Shown here: in pieces, positions 25,950-39,200 of the stretch
Numbering within the stretch: position 1 is the first letter of the stretch
Layout: each line of letters starts with the position of its first letter
NCBI GenBank assembly: GCA_977030845.1
Contig: OZ365116.1
Span: 17,608,001-17,672,000 of the forward strand
Origin: Fimbriosthenelais zetlandica
Lineage: Eukaryota
DNA: 64,000 bases
Reading direction: 5' to 3'
Position numbers and translations under genes: made by a program
The notes under the pieces: generated by a model
What the model saw: the letters and a program-made list of their open reading frames with translations, nothing else
Told to the model about the DNA's origin: nothing
Database searches by the model: none

Positions 25950-27051
25950 ACCGCATTTTCTTTTCCTGGTCGCAGTGGCAGTTATGCGACTACTGAGGCA
26001 TGTTACTCTGTGCGAATGAAAATGAGAAGCGATGACATTCTGTAGATGATTGAATTTCAGCATGAAGGAGATGGAAACGACGAGAGGGCGCGGTAAATGA
26101 CGAGATCACACCTCCGGACCTTCCCCTCCAGGCACCAGCTGAAACACAGACATAAGGCATGCTTCAGGCAACATATCATCACTGCAAATTACTGAGAAAT
26201 TTCAAAAGTGAATGCTATTGAACTAATAGTAGTATAAAGTAAGAAATGTAGGTAGCCTACCATGGTTATGTTGTTTCCATTTAGCAGAATTTGGTCCAGT
26301 TTGGTAACCCTGCGTCCCTCGGGTGTACTCTCACTGAAAAGGTGAAAGGATTGTGTTTGAGAAGGCAGACCACATTAATCTTTCGGAGCTAAGCTTATAT
26401 TTAACCAGTATAAAACCAATAATAGGCCAATCCAAACGAGTAATAATAAAGTTAAAATCAACTTACAATTCGGTTACATCTTCGAGTACCATATCTAGGG
26501 ACAGGTCAAGGAAATATCCATGCTAATAAAATGGAATTTAATTGTAGGGTCATGACAGAAAGAAGCAATAGGAGAAGAAATACTAACAAGAACACATATG
26601 ATATCATTTAAAAGACTGGTTTAAAGGATACTGACGAAGTCATCAAAACCAAGAAGTGTGCCAACGATCTCCTTGTCGTTCTTCATGATAATATGGATTC
26701 GAGATCCAATACATTTGTCGACAAGCTCTGAATGAACAAACAGAAACAGTCTTCATCATCACATATTTGACATCAGTTGTTTTTCTGAGCGATTACAGCA
26801 ATTTGAAGGAAGGTAGCTGAGTGAAAACGTAGCGGCTACCGGTTTCTGAAGATGGTATTGGGAGTTTCACTTATTATCGCTCAGACCGGTGCTCGGAGTA
26901 AAACAAAGCCGGCGTGTGAAGTCTAGGGGATGTCTATCTCTATCCTAATCAAATATTACGGATGCATACAACTCCAACATTGATTTAGATACAAATCTAG
27001 TATATACTTACCCAGTGGGAGCAGCTGAGAGGGGCTAACCAAAGTAGACAT
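25950..27051 (-). other. Candidate 5' exons of a divergent (antisense) transcript from the PDXK promoter
   Basis: Minus-strand donor CTGG|GTAAGT (intron starts at 27011), acceptor TGTGTTTCAG| (exon starts at 26138) and donor TGCG|GTAATC near 25950. No downstream exons or product could be established. Confidence 0.35.
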
Positions 27052-27089
27052 GTTTCAAACGGGGAGAAAGCTGAGACGAGCGTGCCGTG

Positions 27090-27236
27090 TTATAACGCGT
27101 AAACAGAAGACAACTTTTACCTTTTTCATAGAAACCTACTTCCGGTTTGGGCCAGTGTCAAGGACGCACGAGTGAAGGCCGGTCGGTTGTCTTCTGTGAG
27201 TGTTTACAGTGCACAGAAGGGGACAACCTGATTAAA
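27090..27236. promoter_or_regulatory. CpG-rich promoter of PDXK with ETS-type motif
   Basis: Local CpG enrichment and CCTACTTCCGGTT at 27135-27147. The same 13-mer occurs at 42642-42654. It lies about 90 bp upstream of the PDXK ATG. Confidence 0.6.
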
Positions 27237-30200
27237 ATGGCTCAAAATCAAGACTTACGGCGGGTGTTGTCCATACAAAGCCATGTTGTTTCTGGATATG
27301 TTGGAAATAAGAGCGCAAGCTTCCCTCTTCAGGTAGGTTGTGGGCTAACCTCGGCCGGGGAGGCGGGGTCAGGCATGGGACATTGAGGGTGGGGACCGAC
27401 CGCCTGATCGGCTGATAGTGATAAGGCTGTAATCCGTGCTGTTGGGAGGGGATTGTGTAGGGAAGTAATCGATGGGAATGTTCAATAATGGGTGATAAAA
27501 TATTGCCTGTACATTTCAGGAATGATGCGGTGGGGCCCACAAAAACTCGAGTCATATGTCACTATGCTTTTAATCTTACCCATATTGGCCATAAATTAAA
27601 GGCCATATTGGCCATAAATAGTCTAATGTGGCACTATCCTGACCCCTACCCCTAGGGCCTATGCTAGGACTAGCCTATATCATATATGATCGGCCCCGTC
27701 TAGGCCGACGGTTACACATGCTCCACCCCGCTGGAACAGAGCCAGAGGGATGGATACTCCCCTAGGGCCCCTTTTGGCCTTTGGCTTTGTGTATTGACCC
27801 GCATATATAATATGACTGTAATGTATTCCACCATGAATCATGATGTTCTTCTATTTATTTCACCTTTAAATGATAAAATTCAATGATAACAATCTGACAA
27901 GTTTTATTTCATTCCTACAATACATTCACGTACCATAACTCACAACATTTACTGTTATTAGGCAATATCTTATACGGGTGTGGATGTGATAGTTATAAAT
28001 TAATTGATTTTGATGGAAATCCATTATTCTTGCTCAGGTTCTTGGATTTGAGGTCGATCCCATCAACTCTGTACAGTTTTCAAACCACAAAGGTAAGTAG
28101 ACCTATAACTACAATTATAGCTAAATCAATACGTCATTATCCGAACTATCTTCAGAAAAATACTCAGTCAGTGTATTATCTTCAGGTTACAAAAACTGCC
28201 GAGGTCAGATACTAGGAGCTGACGATTTATGGGAGTTGTACACAGGATTAAAAGAAAATGGCCTTAATACATATTCTCATCTACTCACAGGCAAGTTCTG
28301 ATGCGTTGGTTCAGTCTCTTATAATCATTTGTTCTTCGCAGCCAAGCCTTGGCTAAATTGGTAAAAATTTTCATTGAAATATAAAATGCTTTCCTTACAG
28401 GGTTTATTGGTTCAGAATCATTCCTACGAAAGGTTTGTGATGTTGTATCCGACTTGAAAAGGGTTAATCCAAACCTGATCTATGGTAGGTATATATTTAA
28501 AGGAAATAATTGTCCTAGATCAGACTGCCTTATATTCTATTCCGTCTCTTCAGTGTCAAATGATTGCCAAACAAAGTTTCAAACACTTTCTTAACTTTAC
28601 CCTTTTCTTCAGTATGTGATCCAGTTATGGGAGATCTAGGGCGAATAGTAAGTTATTACATTCTTCTCAGAAATATAATTTGTGTGTCTTCTAATTTCCT
28701 ATTTGGTAGGACTTTTGAAAAATGTTAATTGTTTCTGATTATACCGTACTTCTTCCAACGGTTAAGTCTGAGAATAATTTTTTGAATATTGATTTTCAGT
28801 ACGTACCCAAGGAGCTTCTGCCTATATATCAAGAGTGCATTTTGCCTATAGCCGATGTGATAACGCCCAACCAGTTTGAAGCAGAGTGAGTTCACATTTC
28901 AGGGTGCGACAAGATCAGAATAATCAACTTGCCCCTGGGCGGGTAGATTTGAAATCTACACGCCTGACAAAATATTTAACTGTCTTTTAGATACCCGATT
29001 TAAGCCTGGAAATTATGTATTATAATATATCCTAGATTGCTTAGAACTAGAAGTAAAATAGTACTCAAGAATGGAATTTCTTTTTGACATTACGGGTATA
29101 TATTACAGTATAAAACCAAAGTAGAGAGTCAAGTCTTTCAGTTGTCGTTTTTATTCCGACCCCTAGGACCTAGCCAGGATTATCATACCCTCGTCACCAA
29201 ACCTTATAGAACCCTCACTTGGATGGCCTCACCTTTCTATGGTCTGGTATAGACTGTCTACCAGACCCAGAAAGGCTCGGCCTTGGCCAAGTGGGGCTCA
29301 GATGGTTCTATCTCCTATTCTTAGTTCTATCCACTTTGTATTCTTTTAGCATTTTTATGCCTAATTATAAGTTATTTGCTGCTAATTGTAGTAAGAAAGG
29401 CAAAAACAGAACAATTAAGAATTAAGGTTTCCCAGTTTTGCCCAATGAGGGGTTTTCTCAGCCCAGTTTAAATCCCTAGTTTGAACCGGGTTTAAGGCTG
29501 CGACTGACACTTGCCAACACTGATTACAATCCAAGTTTTCCTTCCCCTAAGATCTGCAAGCTCTAATCAGAGTCCAAATAAAGTCTTTGTAGTGAGAAAA
29601 TGATATGCAACTTGCAAGAGTAGGTACATATATCAACCCGCCTGAAAAACGGTAGAATGAAAATCAACCCGCCAGAGGCTAAAATCAACACGCCTCAGGC
29701 GTGTAGACGGTGATCTTGTCGCACCCTGCATTTTTTTTTTTTTTTTTTTTTTTTATTTAATCTATATTTAAACAGGAGGCACACAAAGTTTACAGTAATG
29801 TTAACAATTCGGAAATAAAGAAGTATAATTGACATATGGGATGAGATGGAAAGACATATTATAGTGAATTGTGACATTACATGAAAAGGTGAAACTAGCC
29901 TGCTCGGACCGAGGTCCGTTCTTCCGCAGGCTTCCTGGATCAAGGTGTGTAAATGCCAGGTTAAAAACAAGAAGTGAAGTTAAGATTTTACATCAGAGCT
30001 CAGAAAATGTACAGCAAAGAGGTATAACTAAGAAAGATAAAAGCAAAGAAAAACAAAAGACCAAACAGACAAGTAATTATGTACGGACATCAGACAGAAA
30101 TGATAAGTGAACATTTAGACAAGTAGGTATGTATGTATGTATGTGTAGGTACACATGTATTTAGGTTATAGTATTTCAATGAGGCATACTTGAAACTTAG

Positions 30201-31675
30201 GAAGTGTTTGATATGTTTGATCTCTTCAGTTCTGATTATTTGTACTTCCAATCTTAATGTTAATTTATAAAACATCTTTCTCCAATTCCCCATACTGCTG
30301 AGAACATTTTATTAACAAAGATGACTGTGATCAATAATTTGTTTTTCTTTTAATATATTTAATCGGGATAATCTTCAATTCCTGGTTAAATCCACTCCAG
30401 GGTCAGAAGTAGGGAGTGGGAATTAGGTTATTGAATGCACCTAAGCGCATCAGATATCAATAGTAGCCCAATTCTTTTACCTGGTTTACATATACACAAG
30501 TGTCATCATCACTTGTGTTATTAAGGGGTACATTATTAAGTTAATTGCAGTAGTAGGGCAATGTTCCAAGTATTTACACATGTATTTAGGTTATAGTATT
30601 TCAATGAGGCATACTTGAAACTTAGGAAGTGTTTGATATGATAGATCGCCTTACGATGTGGCTTGCAATTAAGGTATACATAGTACGGATATCAGCAATT
30701 AACAGTGGGTAAATATTTAAGATGTTTATCAGGATGATATGTGTACAGCATTGATCTCCGGGGTTGAATGGACAGAAATGGCTCCTACATTTTGAGGTCT
30801 AGCTGGAGCCCTGCTATATTATATTTTGAAAAGATTTTACAAAGTTCCCCCATTTTCTCTTTTGACGATGCCAGGCTGTTGTCGGGTATACAGATAACAA
30901 ATGAGGAGGAGGCACAGAAGGCCATGTTGAAACTTCATGAGATGGGAGCAAAGACAGTAGTGATTAGTAGTTCAGACCTGGGTAATGGCGAATTCCTGGT
31001 GGGCCTGGGCAGTACAATGAAAGGTATGTGAAGTAAATATTAAGCAAGCATGAACCAAGTTGATAAAAATGTATTGGAAGTTAGATAATGGTACTTGATA
31101 TAATAATGTAACGAAGGCCTCTTCTAATTCTCAAGGTGATGAACAGACTTGTATTAGGATGGAAGTACCCAAACTACCTGAAAACTTTACCGGCACAGGA
31201 GACTTGTTTGCTGCTTTACTTCTAGCCTGGACTCATCAATGCCCAGATAATCTAGAGGTATTTTATCTATCATTTATAGATTAAAGTCCATGGATTATAA
31301 TAGAATGCAATGTAATAATTCACTTCAAAATAGAATAAGGATGATCCCAGGTTCTAATAACATTTCTCCTGTTCTTGCAGCAAGCCTTAGAGAAAACCCA
31401 ATCCACCATGCAGTCAGTTTTAAAAAGAACTTTGGAACACGCTAGATGTAAGTAAAATATGAACCATAGTCCAATTTTGTCATGTTTAAATACCGTTTTA
31501 TCATGATTACTGATTCATTTGTAATACTCGAATTATTTATGTTGCAGCGCTAGCTGGGGAAGGCAATACACTGACTCGAGCCCATCTTGAACTGCGACTG
31601 GTACAGAGCAAGTCGGACATTGAAAATCCCAGTATTAAGATAGCCACAAAGACAACCTGTCTCAACTCACACTAA
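27237..31675 (+). CDS. PDXK: Pyridoxal kinase, 308 aa, 10 exons
   Basis: Exons: 27237-27332, 28038-28092, 28186-28290 (GC donor), 28401-28484, 28613-28647, 28800-28885, 30875-31023, 31136-31257, 31381-31447, 31548-31675; total 927 nt in frame. Motifs: [86 protein letters not shown]. Confidence 0.97.
28900..29728. mobile_element. Non-autonomous DNA transposon (CAG-ended TIR, apparent 5-bp TSD; hAT5-like) in PDXK intron 6
   Basis: Perfect 18-bp TIR CAGGGTGCGACAAGATCA (28900-28917) / TGATCTTGTCGCACCCTG (29711-29728). CATTT flanks both sides. Subterminal ATCAACCCGCC repeats are present. Confidence 0.75.
29365..29522. mobile_element. Right-end fragment of the hAT MITE family seen at 56325-57144, nested inside the 28900-29728 element
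   Basis: Homologous to about 56965-57144, ending in ACTTGCCAACACTG. No left end found. Confidence 0.65.
30150..30640. repeat. 66-bp perfect direct repeat pair
   Basis: TACACATGTATTTAGGTTATAG...GGAAGTGTTTGATATG at 30150-30215 and 30575-30640. Confidence 0.85.
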
Positions 31676-33261
31676 CACCGACTGGCCAGCCAGCAGATCC
31701 AGCCATATATTACTGTATAATCACTGTGATATCAACAAGTTATCTTGTCTTAGCTTTGTGAAAGTCCTTAATGCTCCGACTAAAATGCCTATACAATGTA
31801 TAGCCAGGAATTGCAACAGGACAATATTCGAGAAGGTTTATCAGGTATTTTATCAATGTGTACGCCGTGGTTACATCTGAGGATAATCATATTGAAGTAT
31901 ACATAAAGATAATTGTGAATGTGTGAGGTGACAGAAGCCATATTTATTGTAATTTTTTTGTCCGGGAAAAGTCTGTGGTGCCGTGTGTTGTATCTGGATC
32001 AACAATCCTTAGCGTGAATTTTAACTTTTCATAATCAATCTGATCAATGTGGATGACTTAGATTTATATTTAGTTTAATGAACTTGATTCTGAAATCCAG
32101 CATTGAAAATCAGAGGATATAAATTATCGATCTCATATTTGCCTTTATTTGATTCCTAGCACAGAGGGTAAAGTCCATTTCTGTTGCCTGTAGATCAGTA
32201 AGTTTTTATGGAGGATTATGGAAAATATTAAGAAAATGGACCGGTATATATAGTTTCTGATGTGTCATGTGTAGTGATATGTAGATATACATGTACTTGA
32301 ATACCCAGGGATATGTTAGTGGAAATTTATCCGAGATCAGAGAAAATAAACTCTTTAAATGGAAATAATTGTCTTCTGTATGTATGGATTCACAAATCTT
32401 TGGATTATCCAGTTTCTCAATCTATTGTAAACTTTTCGATCATTCTTTGCCTTACATCTTTGAAAAAAGAAGTATGAAAGTTTTTTTTGAAGATCTGAAA
32501 ATGATACTTAATATTATGTCATAGTTAGTAAGTTATAATCCCTTCCTTTCTCAGTTTACGCGAGTCATGAATGATGTAATCTCCGTCTTGATCCCTCACT
32601 AGATATTCCTCCTCATTTTAGCCAGGCTAATTAAGGTTATTATCTTATAATGGATCCTCCTCATGAACCAGATTCCCTTAATTGGCCACCACCAAAAAGG
32701 GAGGACGCTTGTACCCAGATATAATTATTTGAATCCAGCAGTCATTAAGATGGTATGTGGGGAAGCGATGGATATTAACTCCACGGCCCAAATAGGTCAA
32801 CAAGAAATAACTAGACTGTGACTTCTCCAATTTCTCAACTACATTGAATCTGACTTCTTCACATCATAAAATAGCATACCAACATTTACAATCAAAGTAA
32901 AATAGTTTAGAAAAAATGCTATAGATTTGTAATGTATAGGAATGCAAAGTTATTTACAGGCCGATTATATGATGAAGTATAGATAGTGCATGATAACCAG
33001 AAGTAGGTGAATCATATGTGAGCATGTGTATGGACTGTAGCATTAGGACTGTGTCTTCATGATCTTGTGCATTAAAAGCGTGCACGCTCCAACTCTGCCC
33101 TCCCGCACGTTCTCTCATCCCAGATAAAGCGTGGGGGATTTTGAAACCACTGTCGGGACCAGACTTCCTCAGACACTGCCAGTGCATGCACCTGAGAAGA
33201 GGTGCACCCAATTACAAATAGTTTCAACTCTTGGATTATATCAATTCAATTAGGAATCGCC

Positions 33262-36200
33262 ATGGGGAATAAGGTGTCATGTACCAGTGGCAATAAAGAG
33301 GATCGAGAGGATGCTAAAGCTGAGAAAAAGGTGAATATATATCTGGTGTATTTATCAAGTTTTTAGATTTAAATATATTTTCATTACTTGGTTTCAAATA
33401 TGGCTCAGAAGGCAGGTAACCCTACTTATTTCTACCTGTTTTTGTCATGTTTGCTAGTGCTTCTTTGGTGGACAAACACATTTTTAATGCAGCATTCCCA
33501 TGTCCTATAATCCCCGATACTACGCTATAGTGGTGCATACATACAGGTGTACTCACTCATCATGCCAGTCGTTATTCTCAGTCCAAAGATAATTCATAAA
33601 GAACTGACTAATATTAACTCCACAATTCAGAGCCCTATTTGGTGCTTATTAAACAATCATGAATTGATTTGCCTCAAAATAAAATCATAATGAATATCTA
33701 GACAAAACATTTCTTGGAAGCAGAAGGTGAGAAGGGGAGGGGGCTATGAAGATATGGGAGGTTCGATAGAGGAAAGAATCCAATTTTGAACTTCTTATGA
33801 TTAGATCTTTTGTTGAATATTTTTGTGGTTATATATACCTATACTAAAGTACGGGGTTCGAGGAAACAAAGACGGAAGTAGCTAATCGTTTTGAACTAAT
33901 AAGTGTCTGCATGCATGCCTACAGCCACATACATCCAGACAAAAACGTTCCAACCCCAGACACTATTAGCAATTTGAAACTTAAAGAAAAATAGGTATAG
34001 AAGGAGACAGATTTGGATTTGTCATTCAATTGCACATGTGTGTAAAGTACAAGAAATTTGATTCTCTTGGCTCTTTCCCCATATTAAATCTTTGAGGATA
34101 TCAGGTATTACAGGTAATTTAAGACTTAATGGTTTAAACCGAATGAAAAACTACCCGGCGAGTTTTTTGTAAGCCTTTTATGGACTGATGGCCATTTAGA
34201 TTGATTTATTTCTGACATACATCTGCAGCTATAATCTCTAGCGTTCATACATATTTAGTTGGGGGAAATCGATAGCGCATCCTATTATACTTTATAGTTT
34301 TGTCAATACACATAAACGTATTGAGAAATGTAATTCTCACAAAACTATTTTATTCTGAACAAATAGTAAAAATTTCATATCTGATGCACGGGTTCCTTAT
34401 GCATTAATGATAATTTATTGTCAAAATTGACAGAAACACTTAATGCTTGATATCTTGCATTGATAATAATTATTGTACATTTATTATTCATCAGGTAAGC
34501 ACCAGATAGTGAGGTCTTATTTATTTAACATCCCACATGGACATGAAAAATTGTGTCAAGCTGTTATCTATATAGGTCAGGAATAGCTTACATGTATATT
34601 AAGCCAACATAATCTTGGCTGCAAATAATGATAAGTTGCGAATACCCCAAGCTAGCCAATGTCCGTGATGGCAAGCGTCAGGAAAACAGTTATTTAGGTC
34701 CATGGGGTCTCTATTGGAGTTCTAATACTTTTTTGTCTGGGTTACCAAATAGAATTAATATGAATACATGTATTACATGTGGGCTGATGTTTGATATTGG
34801 ATAATTGAAATGTAATGCTTGTCATATGACTGACATTTGTCTGAGAATATCACTTTACAAATAGTTTCTGAATCCTTTTTCATCTTGCACATCCTCTACA
34901 TTACCACAGATATTGATTTACAGCGTGTTTCGATTCTTCACTTCCATATACATGTACCATCCCTACTAAATATAGTACTCTCGTTCTGACATAATGACTG
35001 AAAGTTGTAGCCCGTATTGATTTCTGACTGCTGGGGCGCAGTAGATTTATATATTATGTCATTTATTTAAAGCACAACAAAAGGTAGATATACAACTACA
35101 TGTACATGTATGTCTAAAGCGTCAGTTACTGAGCAATTTTCAATATCATCTTCATATTTTAAATCTTGCTTCATATCTACATGTATATAGAAATGGTTTA
35201 GTTTCAAACATCTTAATTTTTCAGGCAAAGAATAAGCCCACTGAGAAAAAAGATGAAAAAGTTGAAGTGGTAGCTCCTGAAGATGTCAAACCAGAAGTAG
35301 GCACTGTGGAAATCAGAGAAAATGGAGAGAAAACTAAAGAAGAAGTAATCACCACTGAAACAGTTAATACTGTCCAAGCTTCCAAACCCCCAGAGGACAG
35401 CACAGCTGAAGAGGCGAAAACAGAGGCGAAAGATGATGACGAGAAAAAAGAAGTTGAGGAGGCTGGGGACACGCCCACAGCATCTGGAGAGAATCAAGAG
35501 GAGAAAAAAGAGGAAAAGCAGGAGGAATCAGAAAGCAAAGAGAATGATACAGAGAAAGTTACAGAGGTAGAGAGTAGTGTCACAGTGGCTCCAGCTGAGA
35601 CTCTGGAAATCAGTGAAGATATTGTCCAGAGGGTTACCATTCAAACAGTGCAGGTTTCAATGGCGGAAATACTAGAAGATCTGGTGAGTATTTACAGGGA
35701 ATATATAATTCAGTTATGGTCAAACAACGTTATAGAAGGCTCCCCACTTTGCCTTTGAAATCATATGAGTCCCTTTACCCTGAAATTTCTCCTTATGCGG
35801 TTGTATAATAATCTTTATGATATTCACATAAGATCAATTTCCTCCAGCAAGCAAATAATATGATCACTTTTGATAACGGATTGTTCTTGACCTCCATTTT
35901 CAGCCCAAAGTGGGTGGTTTTTACTTCACTTTAGGCCTACTGAGTATGTTTGTTCATCCACCACTGTGCACCACTATCTCTACTATCTTTATAGGAAGTG
36001 AGATAGATTGATTGTATGAAGTCATTTTATTGCACTGGTGATATATGATGTTCCAAGTCCTACTCATTTTACTCCTTCTCTTATTTTCTCTTCTTGCCTT
36101 GTTGGACGGCAGTCAATTTATAAATCCCCCTGAGTTCTGTTTCCTATATGTGTAGACACTTTTGTGTGCACGTCCAGACAGACAAACCTCATAGTATCAA

Positions 36201-39200
36201 CACTGGGAAGGACCTGAGGTTGAGACTCAGCATAATTTATGAAAGATGATCCAGCATAATAGGTTTAAATACATAGATCTATCACTGACTCTCTATTAGA
36301 ATAGTTAGGGGATATATCGAATAATATCATTTACATATTCAGTTTATGAGGTTATTTCTCTGAACATTTCTGTGGCTTGCTATTATTTGCACATGACCTT
36401 TGTATTGGGTAGATTTACCCAGTATCTTATATCCCTGTGTTCCCCATATATAGGCCTATCATTGTCATTGGATTGTAACATTTCAAATTTGATAAATTAT
36501 ATCCAAACTTGATAAATAGCTCTACAATATTTTTATTACATTTTTATCCACGATAAGTATTCCTAAACTATATGCTAAATACTCATCTGTCTTCAAAAAG
36601 GACACTGTTCCACAATTACCTTCACTTTTCTATAGAAAAGCAATGGTCACAGATGGTGGAATCATGCATAATCTGATTCAAGGCCATTACAAACACCACG
36701 TCATTTAAACGTCTTTAAATGTGTATCTGCATGATAGGATATCTAGTCTATTTCTTCCATCAACTTCTCCATATATCTTAACTGAGTCGAGGACTATCTA
36801 TGAAGTAGAAGTAGGGTGATTATACTTGTATGTACCTTCCGACCTCAGCAAGGATATAGGACGTTATACATGCATTCAGGTGGTTACACAAGTCATTCGG
36901 ACGTTTAATATTTGCTCATACATGTAATTCATTCATTATACTTTTCTGGCTTTGCTTTGTTGGGGATACAACCTAGGTTCATGTACCTTACAATCTGCGG
37001 GATCATACATCTGTTGGGTGCTGAATAGATAAAGCATTGACAAAATGTCATATAATTGTTTTGCATGCAAGGTATTATCATAGATCCGATTGTCTCTAGA
37101 AAGTACAAATATACTTAAAGCTATACATACAATCATATACCAGTGCTTAACCAACCATATAATCAGGACCATGACTAACCTCTCAACTATATACATGTAT
37201 ATACACTGTCAGCCTGGCATAATTAAGCAGATTTAATATGACATGAGTACACATATCTCACATATACGGCGTGCCAAAGACATAGGATCCAGGATAGATG
37301 CTTACCTATATACCTGGCCTCACCAATGCCACAAACATGTAGAGGGGGTTATTGAAATTTTGATGACTTTATTCATGGGCAGAGATTACCATAACTTAAA
37401 TTCTAAATAGTCTGTAGTTAAAAGCCAGAACATGGGGTTAAAAATACTGTGCTGGGCCATATTCTCCAGGGTTCCTTTTTGGGATGGGTGGGGTGATGGT
37501 CACCCACATCCATCGCTCTGTCCCATAAATAAAAAGATTATAAACAGGACCTCGCGCTTGTCACCACCAGACAGTATATTCAACACAACTGGTATATAAG
37601 GCCCTGGAGTTCGGAATGGGGAGAAAAAAGTCTAACATATCTAAGATGAATGTTTGTACAATGTTCAAAGTAAAACCATATGAAACGTTACATCTTTCCC
37701 CTCGTGCCATGGCCATAAATGCCAATTTTTCCCACATGGGGTCACTACTGTCTTGTACAGGGACCATAAGCTGGACATAGACTAGCCTTCAGAATGAAAT
37801 TCTAACGGATCCCACTAGACGGAACCAAAGATTCTAAATTATACTAGGTTTTTAGACACTGTGTGATTTAAATGTATTTGTTAGCAACACAAATATTTGT
37901 ACAGTGAGATCATATATCTAGGTCTCATTCTGGTTGGATCCCATGTAAAACTTTATGCTACAACCACAAAATCGCAACTTTCAGATAACAGGGACAGGGG
38001 GTGATTCAGACCAATTGGCCAGGGCAGGGGGAATACCATTCATATTACACATAATTCAACCAACTGTGATATCCTGTCTCTATTCCTCCCACTACAATTA
38101 AGCATAGACTTTGGATGAAACTCAGTGTTAATATCCCCTATGTATTACAAAATCATCCTCACGTCAGCAAACCATTGATGCTGAGCCAATACAACTCTGA
38201 CTGTGGGTCAATACTGTTAAAGTTAGTCATGTGCTTTTAACCAAGCAGGGTGATGTTATTCGTGGAGTGACCCGTGACAATAGATCACACCAGGGTCTGT
38301 ATAAAAATAGGATTATTGTGATCCCCCACTTCAGAACCTTATATATAGGGGCCTACGCCACACACTGTTTTAATAGAACCTACTATCTTTTTGGAGAGAC
38401 TGCCCCATATGCCTATATTTTTGTTACCCGTCCAGCCAATGAAAACCAGTGTATATTCCTACACGTGAAGGAATTGGGGCTGTTGAATGAGTTGGTAGCT
38501 TAGTTGTCTTGGATCCTACATACCTCAGTGTGGGGGTGACCTGGAGAGTGTATAGACAACCTTATATGTACACTTACTTTAACTGGAGGAATATAATCAA
38601 CGCATCGCTTGACATACTAACTATAGTGAACATCAGATTCTCTACTTTCTATTATTTCCGGATTCTTTAATCTAAAAACATGGGACAAAAAATGGATAAA
38701 AAGGTGAGTGGCCGATATAAGTATGAAGGAGATTATAGGGAATATGTGGATTTTCTATTGATGCCATTCTTGGTTCTGTTCACAAGCCCTTGTAAGTTCT
38801 TGGTTAAACTGTCAGGAAATGTTTTGTTAACACAAGATTGTGAATTCGTGAAAGTGCTTTTAAAATTGTACAAAATTTTAAAAGGTACATTAAGGGATAA
38901 CAGACCCATATATACCAGTATATTGTGGGCAATACGTAGCATGTAAATTAGAGGTTATAGTCAGCCCCTATGGTCCCTGCATAATTTCACATGTTTCAAT
39001 GGGACATTTAAATGGTGCCGCAAGCACCAGGCCATCTAGGTCTTGCCACCTGTGATGAATATATGAACCTCTATAGATAATGTTCCACAGCCACCACCAG
39101 AGAACAGATCCAGGCCATTGTCCTCCTTCAGTCTATATACATTCCTGGTGACTGAGGAACACTCTTTTGGCTCATTGTCAAAATGTCATGGTCCATATAC

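Noticed and set aside
36987-37095. Minus-strand exon-like segment (DNRIYDNTLHAKQLYDIL...) in an EF-hand gene intron
   Set aside because: Two frames are open, no neighbouring exon links in phase, and no family is recognised.
37758-38979. 11-bp inverted repeat CAGGGACCATA as MITE ends
   Set aside because: No target-site duplication and a short TIR.
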